Source: an uncultured Pelagibacteraceae bacterium (GTDB lineage Bacteria; Pseudomonadota; Alphaproteobacteria; Pelagibacterales; Pelagibacteraceae). Taken from it: 64,000 nucleotides of DNA. The notes beneath the pieces are model-generated. The model was given only the letters and a program-made list of their open reading frames with translations. It ran no database searches and had not been told where the DNA came from. Within the stretch, counting starts at the first letter, position 1; every line of letters starts with the position of its first letter. This document shows positions 19,687-28,585 of this stretch, one piece after another. The DNA is taken from contig CACLAY010000003.1 in the NCBI GenBank assembly GCA_902604975.1, positions 6,008 through 70,007 on the forward strand, read 5' to 3'. The position numbers and the translations under genes are program-made.

Positions 19687-19914
19687 CTAAAATGCAAATA
19701 AAATAATCAACGCAACTACTAGTCCAAACAATCCTGTTGCTTCAGCTAAAGCAAATCCTAATAACAAGTTAGGGAATTGTTTTTGAGCTGCAGATGGATT
19801 TCTCATGGCACCAGATAAGTAATTACCAAAGATAATTCCTATACCAACTCCCGCACCTGCTAGTGCGATAGCTGCTAATCCTGCTCCTATCATTTTTGCT
19901 GCTTCTAATTCCAT
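19687..19914 (-). CDS. atpE: F0F1 ATP synthase subunit c
   Basis: GAGVGIG, RNP, ALAEATG (proton-carrying Glu). Confidence 0.98.
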   Translation of the reverse strand: MELEAAKMIGAGLAAIALAGAGVGIGIIFGNYLSGAMRNPSAAQKQFPNLLLGFALAEATGLFGLVVALIILFAF

Positions 19915-19931
19915 TTTTCCTCCTTTTTTTA

Positions 19932-20666
19932 TTAATGGTGTAGATTTAATGCATCATTTAAATAAATGCATGTTAAAATTGCAAATACATATGCTTGAAG
20001 AAAAGCAACTAGTATCTCCAAACCCGTAAGTGCAACCGAAAAACTAAGTGGAAGCCATCCACCTACAATTCCTAAGCTTATAACAAAGCCTCCAAATACC
20101 TTCATCATAGTGTGACCAGCCATCATATTAGCAAACAATCTTACAGATAAACTAATTGGTCTACTTAAATACGAAATAATTTCAATAACAACTATTAGTG
20201 GAAGTAGAACCATTGGAACTCCACTTGGTACAAACAATTTCAAATACCCCAATCCATGTTTCATAAATCCAATAATTGTCACTCCAATGAAAATAAATGC
20301 TGCCAATACAAATGTAACTATAATATGGCTTGTGACTGTAAATGCGTAAGGTATCATTCCAAACATGTTACAAAAAAGTACAAACATAAATAATGAGAAA
20401 ATAAACGAAAAGTACGGTTTTGCTTTTGATCCTGCTGTGTCACTAATCATTTTGGCGACAAAGGAATAACTTAATTCTGATAATAATTGTAATTTATCAG
20501 GTATTAGGGTTTTTTTCTTTGCTCCAAGATTAAAAATTATCAAAATAGCTAAAGAACTAATGACCATGAACAAGCTTGCGTTAGTGAAAGAAATGTCCAC
20601 TGCGCCTAACTTTATTTCCGGACCAATCCGATAAACATTGAATTGGTACATTGGATTTGATGCCAT
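19932..20666 (-). CDS. atpB: F0F1 ATP synthase subunit a
   Basis: SLSVRLFANMMAGH, LQAYVF. Confidence 0.98.
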   Translation of the reverse strand: MASNPMYQFNVYRIGPEIKLGAVDISFTNASLFMVISSLAILIIFNLGAKKKTLIPDKLQLLSELSYSFVAKMISDTAGSKAKPYFSFIFSLFMFVLFCNMFGMIPYAFTVTSHIIVTFVLAAFIFIGVTIIGFMKHGLGYLKLFVPSGVPMVLLPLIVVIEIISYLSRPISLSVRLFANMMAGHTMMKVFGGFVISLGIVGGWLPLSFSVALTGLEILVAFLQAYVFAILTCIYLNDALNLHH

Positions 20667-20675
20667 TATATTCTC

Positions 20676-20954
20676 TTATTTTTTTTGCATTTTTTTTGCC
20701 GATTTAATTACATTCATAATTCCTGCAATTACTCCTACAAAAAAAAATATTAAAATTAACCAGGGCTTAGTACCAAACCAATTGTCTAAAATAAACCCAA
20801 TAATTGTCCCAACAACTACTGCTGCAACTAATTCAGTGCTCATTTTAAAAGCATGACCCATTCCAGATGTTGATGGCTCTTTACTCTCAGAATATTTGGA
20901 TTTTGCTCTATTTTTTGCACTTTTAAGGCGAGTTTTAAAATCTTCCTCTTCCAT
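20676..20954 (-). CDS. atpI: AtpZ/AtpI family protein
   Basis: ELVAAVVVG...LDNWFGTKPW; first gene of the F0 operon. Confidence 0.92.
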   Translation of the reverse strand: MEEEDFKTRLKSAKNRAKSKYSESKEPSTSGMGHAFKMSTELVAAVVVGTIIGFILDNWFGTKPWLILIFFFVGVIAGIMNVIKSAKKMQKK

Positions 20955-20958
20955 TAGC

Positions 20959-23532
20959 CTAAGCTACCATGCTCTCAGCTTTTTGAAGGTCAACAGCAAC
21001 TAGTTGACTTATTCCTTTCTCTGGCATCGTAACCCCATATAATCTATCCATTTTTGACATAGTTAACGCATGGTGGGTTACTATTATAAATCTTGTAGAA
21101 GTAATCTTTGTAAGTTCATTTAAAAGATTACAAAATCTTGTTACATTTGCATCATCTAGTGGAGCGTCTACTTCATCTAAAACACAGATAGGTGAGGGGT
21201 TAGTTAAAAAGACTGCAAATATTAAGGATAATGCTGTTAAAGCCTGTTCACCACCTGAAAGCAGAGTAATTGACTGAAGTCTTTTTCCCGGAGGACTTAC
21301 TAGCAATTCCAAACCAGCATCTAGTGGATCATCAGAGTCTACTAGTTCTAATTTAGCGCTACCCCCATTAAATAACTTTGTGTAAACCTCATTAAACTTT
21401 CTATTCACTCTTTCAAAAGCATCTAACAATCTTTCACGACCTTTTTGATTAAGCTCTGTTATGCTTTCTTTTAATTTTAGTATTGCTGTAACAAGATCTT
21501 GTCTATCTTGTTCCATTTTTTTTATTTCAGTTTTATATTTTTCAGTTTCATCATCTGCTCTTAAATTGACAGATCCAAGTTTTTCTCTTTCTCTCTTCTT
21601 TTCATCTAGTAACTCTTCTTGAGTGACTAAGTCAGGAAATTCTGCATCTTTTTCAAGATTTGAATAATTAAGTATATTGCTTTCTTCAACATTCAAATCT
21701 GTCATAATTCTTTCTAAAAGATCATTTCTTCTTTTATTCAAACCTTCAATTGTAGCTCCTGAGCTAGCTTTCTTCTCTCTAATTTCTATTGAACTTTCTT
21801 TTGTATTATTTAACTGAACTCTAATTTCTGCAATATTATTATCAATTTTTTCAACTAAAATTTCATTTTCATTTTTTTCATTTTCTGAAATTCTTAAGTT
21901 TTCGGAAATCTTTCCCTTTTTTTCTGCTTGAGTTTCTGGCTGTTTTTCTAGATCGCTTAATTTATCTACAAGCTTACTCTTTCTCGCATTGAGTTCATTT
22001 ACCATTTTTTCAGAATTACTTAAAAGATTTTGCCAGCTTTCAAATTCCTGATCAATTATACTTATTCTCTCTTTTCTTTTGACAGATTCATTTTTTATGT
22101 TTTGGTTTTTACTATAAGTTTCAGCATAATCGTCCTGTAATTTTTTTATTTGATCACTTTTTGATGTTAGAGTTGAAATTACATCATCGTTTTCAACTTC
22201 TTGTGCTTTCATAGTTAAGTAAGACAAATTAACTATACACTCATCTAAAATTTTTATTGTCTGGTGATTTCTATTTTCAGAAACTAGTTTTTTAACTTCT
22301 TTGATTTGACTTTTTATGTTGCTAATAATTTCATTATTTTTTTGCAAAGTTTCAGCACTGAAACTCTCTAATAATGCATCCATTCTATCTTGTTCACTTT
22401 TTAATTTTGATTTTGAGTTTTCTAGGTCTTGATTGGAAAGTTTTTCTGTTTCATAATATTTTGAGTCTGTATCAATTAAGATATTTCTCTCCTCTTTTAA
22501 TCTTTTTTCGTTAGAATTTGCGTCAATTACTATGCTTTTTTCTCTATCTATGTCTTCATCTATTACTTTTATAGAGTTTTTAATTGTATCTATTTCCTCA
22601 TTTATTCTAGTACTTTCCTCATCTAAAGCTTTGAGTTCAAGGTTTAACCTTTGAATCTTAGATAAATTTTCAATATTTTTTTGTCTTATTGGCTCTACTC
22701 TTTCAAGTTCATTTTTAATTTTAGTTTCTAGTTCTTCAATTTGTTTATTAAATTCTTCTACTTTCCCATCTGCCTCATTATTTACTTCATTTTCTAAAGT
22801 GATTTCTTTATCAATTTCTAGAAGTCTTAAATAGTAAAGCCCAGCTTCAACTTTTTTTATTTCTTCGGAAATTAATTTATACTTTGCAGCTTCCTCAGCT
22901 TGTTTTTCTAAATTTGCTAATTGTTTTTCTTGTTGTCTTCTAAGTTCGTCAGCTCTCTTTAAATTATTTTCTGCTGCTCCTAATCTAATTTCTGCTTCAT
23001 GCCTTCTAACATGCAGACCAGCTATTCCAGCAGCTTCTTCAAGTATAGCTCTTCTATCAGATGGTTTTGCTGTAACTAATGCCCCGATCCTGCCTTGACT
23101 GATCAATGATGGTGAATGAGCCCCTGTTGACAAATCTGCAAAAAACATTTGCGCATCTTTAGCTCTAACTTCTTTGTTGTTTATGTAAAACTTTGATCCT
23201 TTATCTTTCTCAATCTTTCTACGAATTTCTATTTCTTCTAGATCATTGTATTGGTGTGGTCCATCTTTGTTATCATTGTTTAAATTTAAAACTACTTCAG
23301 CAATATTTTTTGATGGTTTATTTGATGTACCTGAAAATATTACATCCTCCATTCCAGAACCCCTCATACTTTTCGCTGAAGTTTCTCCCATGCACCATCT
23401 AAGAGATTCAACTATGTTTGACTTGCCACAACCGTTAGGCCCAACAATTCCTGTAAGGCCTTTTTCAATTAAAAAGTTAGTTTTCTCTGCAAAAGACTTA
23501 AAGCCATTTAATTGGATTTTTTTAAACTCCAT
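20959..23532 (-). CDS. smc: Chromosome segregation protein SMC, shortened (857 aa)
   Basis: GFKSF, GPNGCGKSN, SQG Q-loop, LEEAAG, LGSVNLRA, LSGGE, LDEVDAPLD, VTH. Confidence 0.93.
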   Translation of the reverse strand: MEFKKIQLNGFKSFAEKTNFLIEKGLTGIVGPNGCGKSNIVESLRWCMGETSAKSMRGSGMEDVIFSGTSNKPSKNIAEVVLNLNNDNKDGPHQYNDLEEIEIRRKIEKDKGSKFYINNKEVRAKDAQMFFADLSTGAHSPSLISQGRIGALVTAKPSDRRAILEEAAGIAGLHVRRHEAEIRLGAAENNLKRADELRRQQEKQLANLEKQAEEAAKYKLISEEIKKVEAGLYYLRLLEIDKEITLENEVNNEADGKVEEFNKQIEELETKIKNELERVEPIRQKNIENLSKIQRLNLELKALDEESTRINEEIDTIKNSIKVIDEDIDREKSIVIDANSNEKRLKEERNILIDTDSKYYETEKLSNQDLENSKSKLKSEQDRMDALLESFSAETLQKNNEIISNIKSQIKEVKKLVSENRNHQTIKILDECIVNLSYLTMKAQEVENDDVISTLTSKSDQIKKLQDDYAETYSKNQNIKNESVKRKERISIIDQEFESWQNLLSNSEKMVNELNARKSKLVDKLSDLEKQPETQAEKKGKISENLRISENEKNENEILVEKIDNNIAEIRVQLNNTKESSIEIREKKASSGATIEGLNKRRNDLLERIMTDLNVEESNILNYSNLEKDAEFPDLVTQEELLDEKKREREKLGSVNLRADDETEKYKTEIKKMEQDRQDLVTAILKLKESITELNQKGRERLLDAFERVNRKFNEVYTKLFNGGSAKLELVDSDDPLDAGLELLVSPPGKRLQSITLLSGGEQALTALSLIFAVFLTNPSPICVLDEVDAPLDDANVTRFCNLLNELTKITSTRFIIVTHHALTMSKMDRLYGVTMPEKGISQLVAVDLQKAESMVA

Positions 23533-23540
23533 TCAATGAC

Positions 23541-24122
23541 TTATATCAGTTTTTCTATATATTTTTTTAATTTTTTATAGTTGGATGTATTTTCGAACTT
23601 TTCACCATTGATTATAAGTGTTGGTGTTGCCTCTATTTTGTAGTTTTTAGCTCCGTTGATTCGGTCTTCTAAAATAAAATCTTCAATTTTTGAGTCTGCT
23701 ATACATTTATTAAAATCTAATTTAAAATTTGATTCTTGAATTACCTTCTTTAGATTTTTGTTGAGATCTTCAATAGTGCTTCCTCTTACCCAGCTACTTT
23801 GATTTTTATATAAATGATGAAGTATTTCTGAATTTCCATCGTTCTTACAATGAGCTATTTTTGATGCATTAAATGCAGCCATATCTAATGGAAAATTTCT
23901 AAATTCGATTAAAATTAAACCTTTATCTATAAAATCAGTTTTTAAGCTCGGGTAAACATTTTTATGGAAATCTGCACAATGACTACATGTTAAAGATTCA
24001 AAAACTATAAGTTTTACTTTTGCATCGACATTGCCTTCAGTAATCGATTTAATATTTGCTTTAGCATTATGTATTAGAAAAAATAATGAAATTATAATTG
24101 TCTGTATTAGTATTTTTTTCAT
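23541..24122 (-). CDS. DsbA family thioredoxin-fold protein
   Basis: Signal peptide, SLTCSHCADFH, ATPT cis-Pro. Confidence 0.92.
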   Translation of the reverse strand: MKKILIQTIIISLFFLIHNAKANIKSITEGNVDAKVKLIVFESLTCSHCADFHKNVYPSLKTDFIDKGLILIEFRNFPLDMAAFNASKIAHCKNDGNSEILHHLYKNQSSWVRGSTIEDLNKNLKKVIQESNFKLDFNKCIADSKIEDFILEDRINGAKNYKIEATPTLIINGEKFENTSNYKKLKKYIEKLI

Positions 24123-24598
24123 CTTGATTTAAATATTTTATTTAATTCTAACAAAGATTTTTTGATTTTATCATTCTTAATATTGGTTATATGCTTAATA
24201 TTTTTGCTTTTTGTCGCATTATTTATTTTGTTTTCTTTAATTTTTTCAAACTCTCCCTCAAAAGTTTTTAACTTAATATCATCGAGTACATTATAACCAA
24301 AAAATATATTAATTTTTTTTATTATTTCTTTCTTAGAGTATTCTAAATCTACTTCATTTCCTCTTTTTACCATTATATTTAAACAGCTCCCATTTAATTT
24401 AGAATTTTTATATGATCTTGGGTAGGATACATTAAATAATTCTTTGCCAACAAGAAATTTCCAATTATCCAAAGTATTTGAATAAATTTGACCTTTTTTA
24501 TTCAATATCCTTTTGGCTTCTTGGGGCAAAGTATCTTTAAAAGATCTTAGTCCTTGAACAGATTTAGTTCTCTGCTTAGTATTATATTTAAAATTCAT
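24119..24598 (-). CDS. dciA: DUF721 / DciA family protein
   Basis: W..LVG, IN.FFGY motifs; mutY-DUF721-dsbA-smc synteny; likely ATG at 24598. Confidence 0.75.
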   Translation of the reverse strand: MNFKYNTKQRTKSVQGLRSFKDTLPQEAKRILNKKGQIYSNTLDNWKFLVGKELFNVSYPRSYKNSKLNGSCLNIMVKRGNEVDLEYSKKEIIKKINIFFGYNVLDDIKLKTFEGEFEKIKENKINNATKSKNIKHITNIKNDKIKKSLLELNKIFKSR

Positions 24599-25585
24599 AT
24601 GACAAGTCAAAACATACCAAATAAAATTTTGAATTGGTACGATAATAATAAAAGAGACCTTCCTTGGCGAAAAAAAGTCTCTAGAACTCAAAAAGAATAT
24701 TTTACGCTAGTCAGTGAATTTATGTTGCAGCAAACACAAGTGAAGACTGTAATACCATATTTTGAAAATTTTATTTCTAAAATCCCAGATTTAAAAAGTT
24801 TATCAAGAGTTAGAGATGCTAAATTGATGAAATGTTGGGAAGGATTAGGGTATTATTCAAGAGCCAGAAATCTTAAAAAATCAGCAAAACAAATTATAAA
24901 TGAATTTAAGGGCCAGCTTCCAAAAAATGAGGACGATTTAAAATCACTACCTGGAATAGGGGATTATACATCTAATGCAATTATGGCAATTGCATTCAAT
25001 AAAAAAATAATTCCTTTAGATGGAAATGTTGAAAGAATTTTAAAAAGAGTATTTTATTTAAAAAAAGAAAAAGAAATTTCTAAAGAAAATTTACATCAAA
25101 AAAAAATTTTTTTTGGAGGAACAATGAGAGCTAGTGATTATGCTCAAGCTATAATGGAAATAGGTGCATTAATCTGTAAACCATCCAACCCACTTTGTTA
25201 TCAATGTCCTATCTCAACAAATTGCAAATCCTTTAAAAAAAATGACTTTGAAATAATTAAAATAAATAAATTTAATAAACAAAAGTTTTTTGAAGCAAAT
25301 ATTTTTCAAAATAAGCAGAATAATTACTATCTTTTAAAAAACAGAAAATTTAACTTTTTAAAAGATATGCCTATATTCCCCATGAATGAGATACCTAAGA
25401 CAAAATTTAAAAATCATTTAGGAAAAAGGATCAATATAAAAATGTCAAATATGAATATGAAAATTGCAATTAATATGAAAAATAATTTACCAGAAAAGAG
25501 GGATGGATTTTTTATTAATGTTAAAGATTTAAGAAATTGGACTTTACCTTCGTTTACAAAGAAAATACTTAATACTATCAAATAA
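24599..25585 (+). CDS. mutY: A/G-specific adenine glycosylase
   Basis: RDLPWR, SEFMLQQTQV, GLGYYSRARNL, LPGIGDYT, LDGNV, Fe-S motif CKPSNPLCYQCPISTNC; likely ATG at 24599. Confidence 0.93.
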   Translation: MTSQNIPNKILNWYDNNKRDLPWRKKVSRTQKEYFTLVSEFMLQQTQVKTVIPYFENFISKIPDLKSLSRVRDAKLMKCWEGLGYYSRARNLKKSAKQIINEFKGQLPKNEDDLKSLPGIGDYTSNAIMAIAFNKKIIPLDGNVERILKRVFYLKKEKEISKENLHQKKIFFGGTMRASDYAQAIMEIGALICKPSNPLCYQCPISTNCKSFKKNDFEIIKINKFNKQKFFEANIFQNKQNNYYLLKNRKFNFLKDMPIFPMNEIPKTKFKNHLGKRINIKMSNMNMKIAINMKNNLPEKRDGFFINVKDLRNWTLPSFTKKILNTIK

Positions 25586-25589
25586 ATTA

Positions 25590-26720
25590 ATGAAAAAAAT
25601 TGCGATTATTGGTGGAGGGATATCAGGCTTATATTTTGCAAATCTTTTAAATAATGAAAAAGATTTTGAATATAAGATATTTGAAAAAAAAGATAATTAT
25701 AATTTCCTTGAAGGTTATGGAATTCAATTATCAGTAAATAGTATAAAATTATTAAATAGTATAGGATTTAAAAATCTACCTGCATCTGAAGTTAGCTTTC
25801 CGTCAAAAGTGAATTTCATACAAGCAAATAATTCCAAAAAAATTTGCGATATAGACCTTACACAATTTAATGATTCATTAAATCGATACACTACCTTAAA
25901 AAGATCAACATTATTAAAATTCTTATTTCAAAACATCCCACAAGAAAAAATAAAATTTAATTCAAATATAACAAAAGTAGATAATTCTAATGGCATCAGA
26001 ATTTCTTTTGGAGATAATAAAAATGAAGAATTCGATTACTTAATTATTTCGGACGGTATTTTTTCAAAAACGAAGTCACTAATTTTTAATGAAAACATAT
26101 ATCCAAAATATAATCTTAATGTTGCACTGCGAGGTAAATTAAATGGTGATTATGGTAGTGATATTTCAATATATATGGGATCAAATAGTCACTTTGTTAT
26201 TTACCCAGTAAATCAAAATAATGAATACAATTTTGTAGCTATTATAAAAAAAAAATTATCCTCAGATGAATTGCAAAATTATGATTTATTCAAATCTGAA
26301 GAATTTTTAGCATCGTTAGTATCAGGTTTACAAAAAACATCGCAAATAAGCTCAAAAAATTTAAGTGAATTGAAATCATTTCCTGTTCACGTTAGCACCG
26401 AATTTCCAAGTCTAAATAAAAAAAATATATTTTTGTCAGGCGATGCTTTATTTACATTCCCTCCATCATTTGCTCAAGGAGCTTCCCAAAGTATTGAAAC
26501 TGCAAACGATATATTTAAAAGTATTTTTAGTGGTACAAATGAATTCTATCAAGAGAGGATCCGTAGTATTTCTTCTATAAATAATAAATCAAAATTGAAC
26601 CATTTTACATTTCACTTATCAAATCCCATCAATATTTTTATTAGAAATGAAATTTTGAAATATCTCTCAAAAAATAAAAAATTTCTTGAAAATTATTTGG
26701 GTAAAATTTACAGAGCTTAA
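25590..26720 (+). CDS. FAD-dependent monooxygenase (salicylate hydroxylase/UbiH-like)
   Basis: GGGISG, SDG, GDA...PSFAQGASQSIE. Confidence 0.85.
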   Translation: MKKIAIIGGGISGLYFANLLNNEKDFEYKIFEKKDNYNFLEGYGIQLSVNSIKLLNSIGFKNLPASEVSFPSKVNFIQANNSKKICDIDLTQFNDSLNRYTTLKRSTLLKFLFQNIPQEKIKFNSNITKVDNSNGIRISFGDNKNEEFDYLIISDGIFSKTKSLIFNENIYPKYNLNVALRGKLNGDYGSDISIYMGSNSHFVIYPVNQNNEYNFVAIIKKKLSSDELQNYDLFKSEEFLASLVSGLQKTSQISSKNLSELKSFPVHVSTEFPSLNKKNIFLSGDALFTFPPSFAQGASQSIETANDIFKSIFSGTNEFYQERIRSISSINNKSKLNHFTFHLSNPINIFIRNEILKYLSKNKKFLENYLGKIYRA

Positions 26721-27790
26721 TTTGCAGGCCTTAATCTTTGTCTCAAATCATCAATTGGCTTTAAAGAATTTCCAGATTTATAATGCCAAAATGTCCATCC
26801 GTTACAACTTTCTGCACCAATAATTTTTGCTGCAACTTTATGGATTGAACCCTCAGATTGTTGATATTTGATACTTCCATCCACCATAATTTTAGCATTT
26901 ACTTTTTTCTTCTGATCATAAATTTCTGTTCCAGGTTTAATTAAGCCCATTTCAACTAATGATCCAAAAGGAATTCTTGGTTTTGATCTATTATTTTGAA
27001 GCGTATCTAGATATTCATCTTTTATAATATCTGTATTGTTTAATCTTTTTCTTGTAGCATCAAAATAATTTTTTTCCTTTTCAATTCCAAAATATTTTCT
27101 ACCTAATTTTTTAGAAACAACAGCTGTGGTACCTGATCCTAAAAATGGATCTAAAATAAAATCATTTTTATTTGATGAGGCTAATATTATTCTATGGAGT
27201 AACGCTTCTGGTTTTTGAGTAGAATGGACTTTTTTTCCATTGTTTTTTAATCTTTCTTTGCCATTACAGATTGGAAGGTTCCATGTAGATCTCATTTGGA
27301 GGTCATCATTCAAGCATTTTAATGATTGATAATTGAAAGTGTATTTCGACCCCTCACTTTTTGATGCCCAAATAAGTGTTTCATGTGCATTAGTAAACCT
27401 TGTTCCCCTAAAATTTGGCATTGGATTATTTTTATTCCAAATTACATCGTTTAGTATCCAAAAACCTAAATCTTGGATTGTAGCACCCACTCTAAAAATA
27501 TTGTGATAACTACCTATTACCCAAATTGATCCATTCTTTTTTAAAATTCTCTTACATTCTTTTAACCAATCAAAAGTAAATTCATCATAACTTTTAAAAC
27601 TTTCAAATTGATCCCATTTATCGTCTACAGCATCTACTTTAGATGTATCCGGTCTACTTAATTCTTTTTTTAATTGAAGGTTGTAAGGGGGATCAGCAAA
27701 AATAAGATCAAAAGTTTCATCAGGAATTTTTTTTAATTCCTCTAAACTATCTCCATTAATAATTTTGTTTTTTAAAGTTTGATTACTCAT
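26717..27790 (-). CDS. ccrM: Cell-cycle-regulated N6-adenine DNA methyltransferase CcrM
   Basis: ADPPYNLQL, NPMPNFRGTRFTNAHET, HSTQKPE, DPFLGSGT, C-terminal GSIH...CNGWTFW; rnhB-ccrM synteny. Confidence 0.95.
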   Translation of the reverse strand: MSNQTLKNKIINGDSLEELKKIPDETFDLIFADPPYNLQLKKELSRPDTSKVDAVDDKWDQFESFKSYDEFTFDWLKECKRILKKNGSIWVIGSYHNIFRVGATIQDLGFWILNDVIWNKNNPMPNFRGTRFTNAHETLIWASKSEGSKYTFNYQSLKCLNDDLQMRSTWNLPICNGKERLKNNGKKVHSTQKPEALLHRIILASSNKNDFILDPFLGSGTTAVVSKKLGRKYFGIEKEKNYFDATRKRLNNTDIIKDEYLDTLQNNRSKPRIPFGSLVEMGLIKPGTEIYDQKKKVNAKIMVDGSIKYQQSEGSIHKVAAKIIGAESCNGWTFWHYKSGNSLKPIDDLRQRLRPAN

Positions 27791-27803
27791 TTTTTAATTA
27801 TTA

Positions 27804-27832
27804 ATTAGACTCCAGAGTAGAGTCTCCGTCAA
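27804..27832 (-). promoter_or_regulatory. Sigma70-type promoter of ccrM (TTGACG-N17-TCTAAT) containing two GANTC sites
   Basis: Minus-strand -35 at 27827-27832 and -10 at 27804-27809; GACTC 27808-27812 and GAGTC 27820-27824 form an inverted repeat. Confidence 0.7.
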
Positions 27833-27865
27833 CCTGAGATTGAATTATTTTGAGTCTACTTGTTA

Positions 27866-28444
27866 CTATTTTTTTCTGTGACTCAATATGTTGTGTATAG
27901 GATTGAATGTTTTTCGATGAAATCTAGTTACTCCATATTTTCTAATAGCATCAATGTGATCTCTAGTTCCATAACCAGCATTTAAATCCCATTTATATTT
28001 TTTAAAACTTTCTGACATTTTGAGCATCAGTTTATCCCTTGAAACTTTTGCAATTATTGATGCTGCTGATATTTCTTTAATTTTTTGGTCTCCTTTAATT
28101 ATTGTTTTAACAAGATAATTTTTTAACTCTGGTGATTTATTTCCATCAATAAGTACTAAATTTGGTTTGACTTTTAGTTTTTTTATAGCTCTCTTCATGG
28201 CTAATAAACTAGCATTTAAAATATTAAGTTTTTCTATTTCCTTAACTGAGGCAGATCCTATTGCCCAAGAAGAATTTTTTTTTATATATTTTGCTAATTT
28301 TTCTCTATCAATCTTAGTTAAGCTCTTAGAATCTTTGATCTTTTTCTTTTTAATATTTTTTTTAAGAATAACAGCTGCAGCATATACTGGACCAATTAAA
28401 CTCCCTCTACCAACTTCATCAACTCCAGCTATAATTTTTCTCAT
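27866..28444 (-). CDS. rnhB: Ribonuclease HII
   Basis: GVDEVGRG, DSK, IDGN, KGD, ISAASIIAKV, GYGT, HRKTF. Confidence 0.97.
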   Translation of the reverse strand: MRKIIAGVDEVGRGSLIGPVYAAAVILKKNIKKKKIKDSKSLTKIDREKLAKYIKKNSSWAIGSASVKEIEKLNILNASLLAMKRAIKKLKVKPNLVLIDGNKSPELKNYLVKTIIKGDQKIKEISAASIIAKVSRDKLMLKMSESFKKYKWDLNAGYGTRDHIDAIRKYGVTRFHRKTFNPIHNILSHRKK

Positions 28445-28578
28445 TACGCAATAAAAAAATGATATAAAAGAGCCCCTATTATCAAGCCTTTAATAAAAGT
28501 AATCCACAATAATCCATAATTTGAAAGATTAAGTTTTTCTCTCAACCAATTTATATATTTTTTATGTATTTCTATCAT
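28444..28578 (-). CDS. Small 44-aa membrane protein, absent from the ORF track
   Basis: Hand translation MIEIHKKYINWLREKLNLSNYGLLWITFIKGLIIGALLYHFFIA; TAATG overlap with the rnhB start; starts 7 bp after the UDG stop. Confidence 0.75.
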   Translation of the reverse strand: MIEIHKKYINWLREKLNLSNYGLLWITFIKGLIIGALLYHFFIA

Positions 28579-28585
28579 CGTAAAG

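Noticed and set aside
24554-24691. Long head-to-head overlaps in the ORF track (dciA/mutY, UDG/TPR, uvrB/aspC)
   Set aside because: Artefacts of longest-ORF start choice; internal ATGs fit the family N-termini better.
26717-27790. Methyltransferase as part of a restriction-modification or defence system
   Set aside because: It is a clear orphan CcrM orthologue with no adjacent endonuclease.
27791-27806. TTAA repeats upstream of ccrM as a CtrA box
   Set aside because: Spacing is 3 bp, not the 7 bp of TTAA-N7-TTAA.
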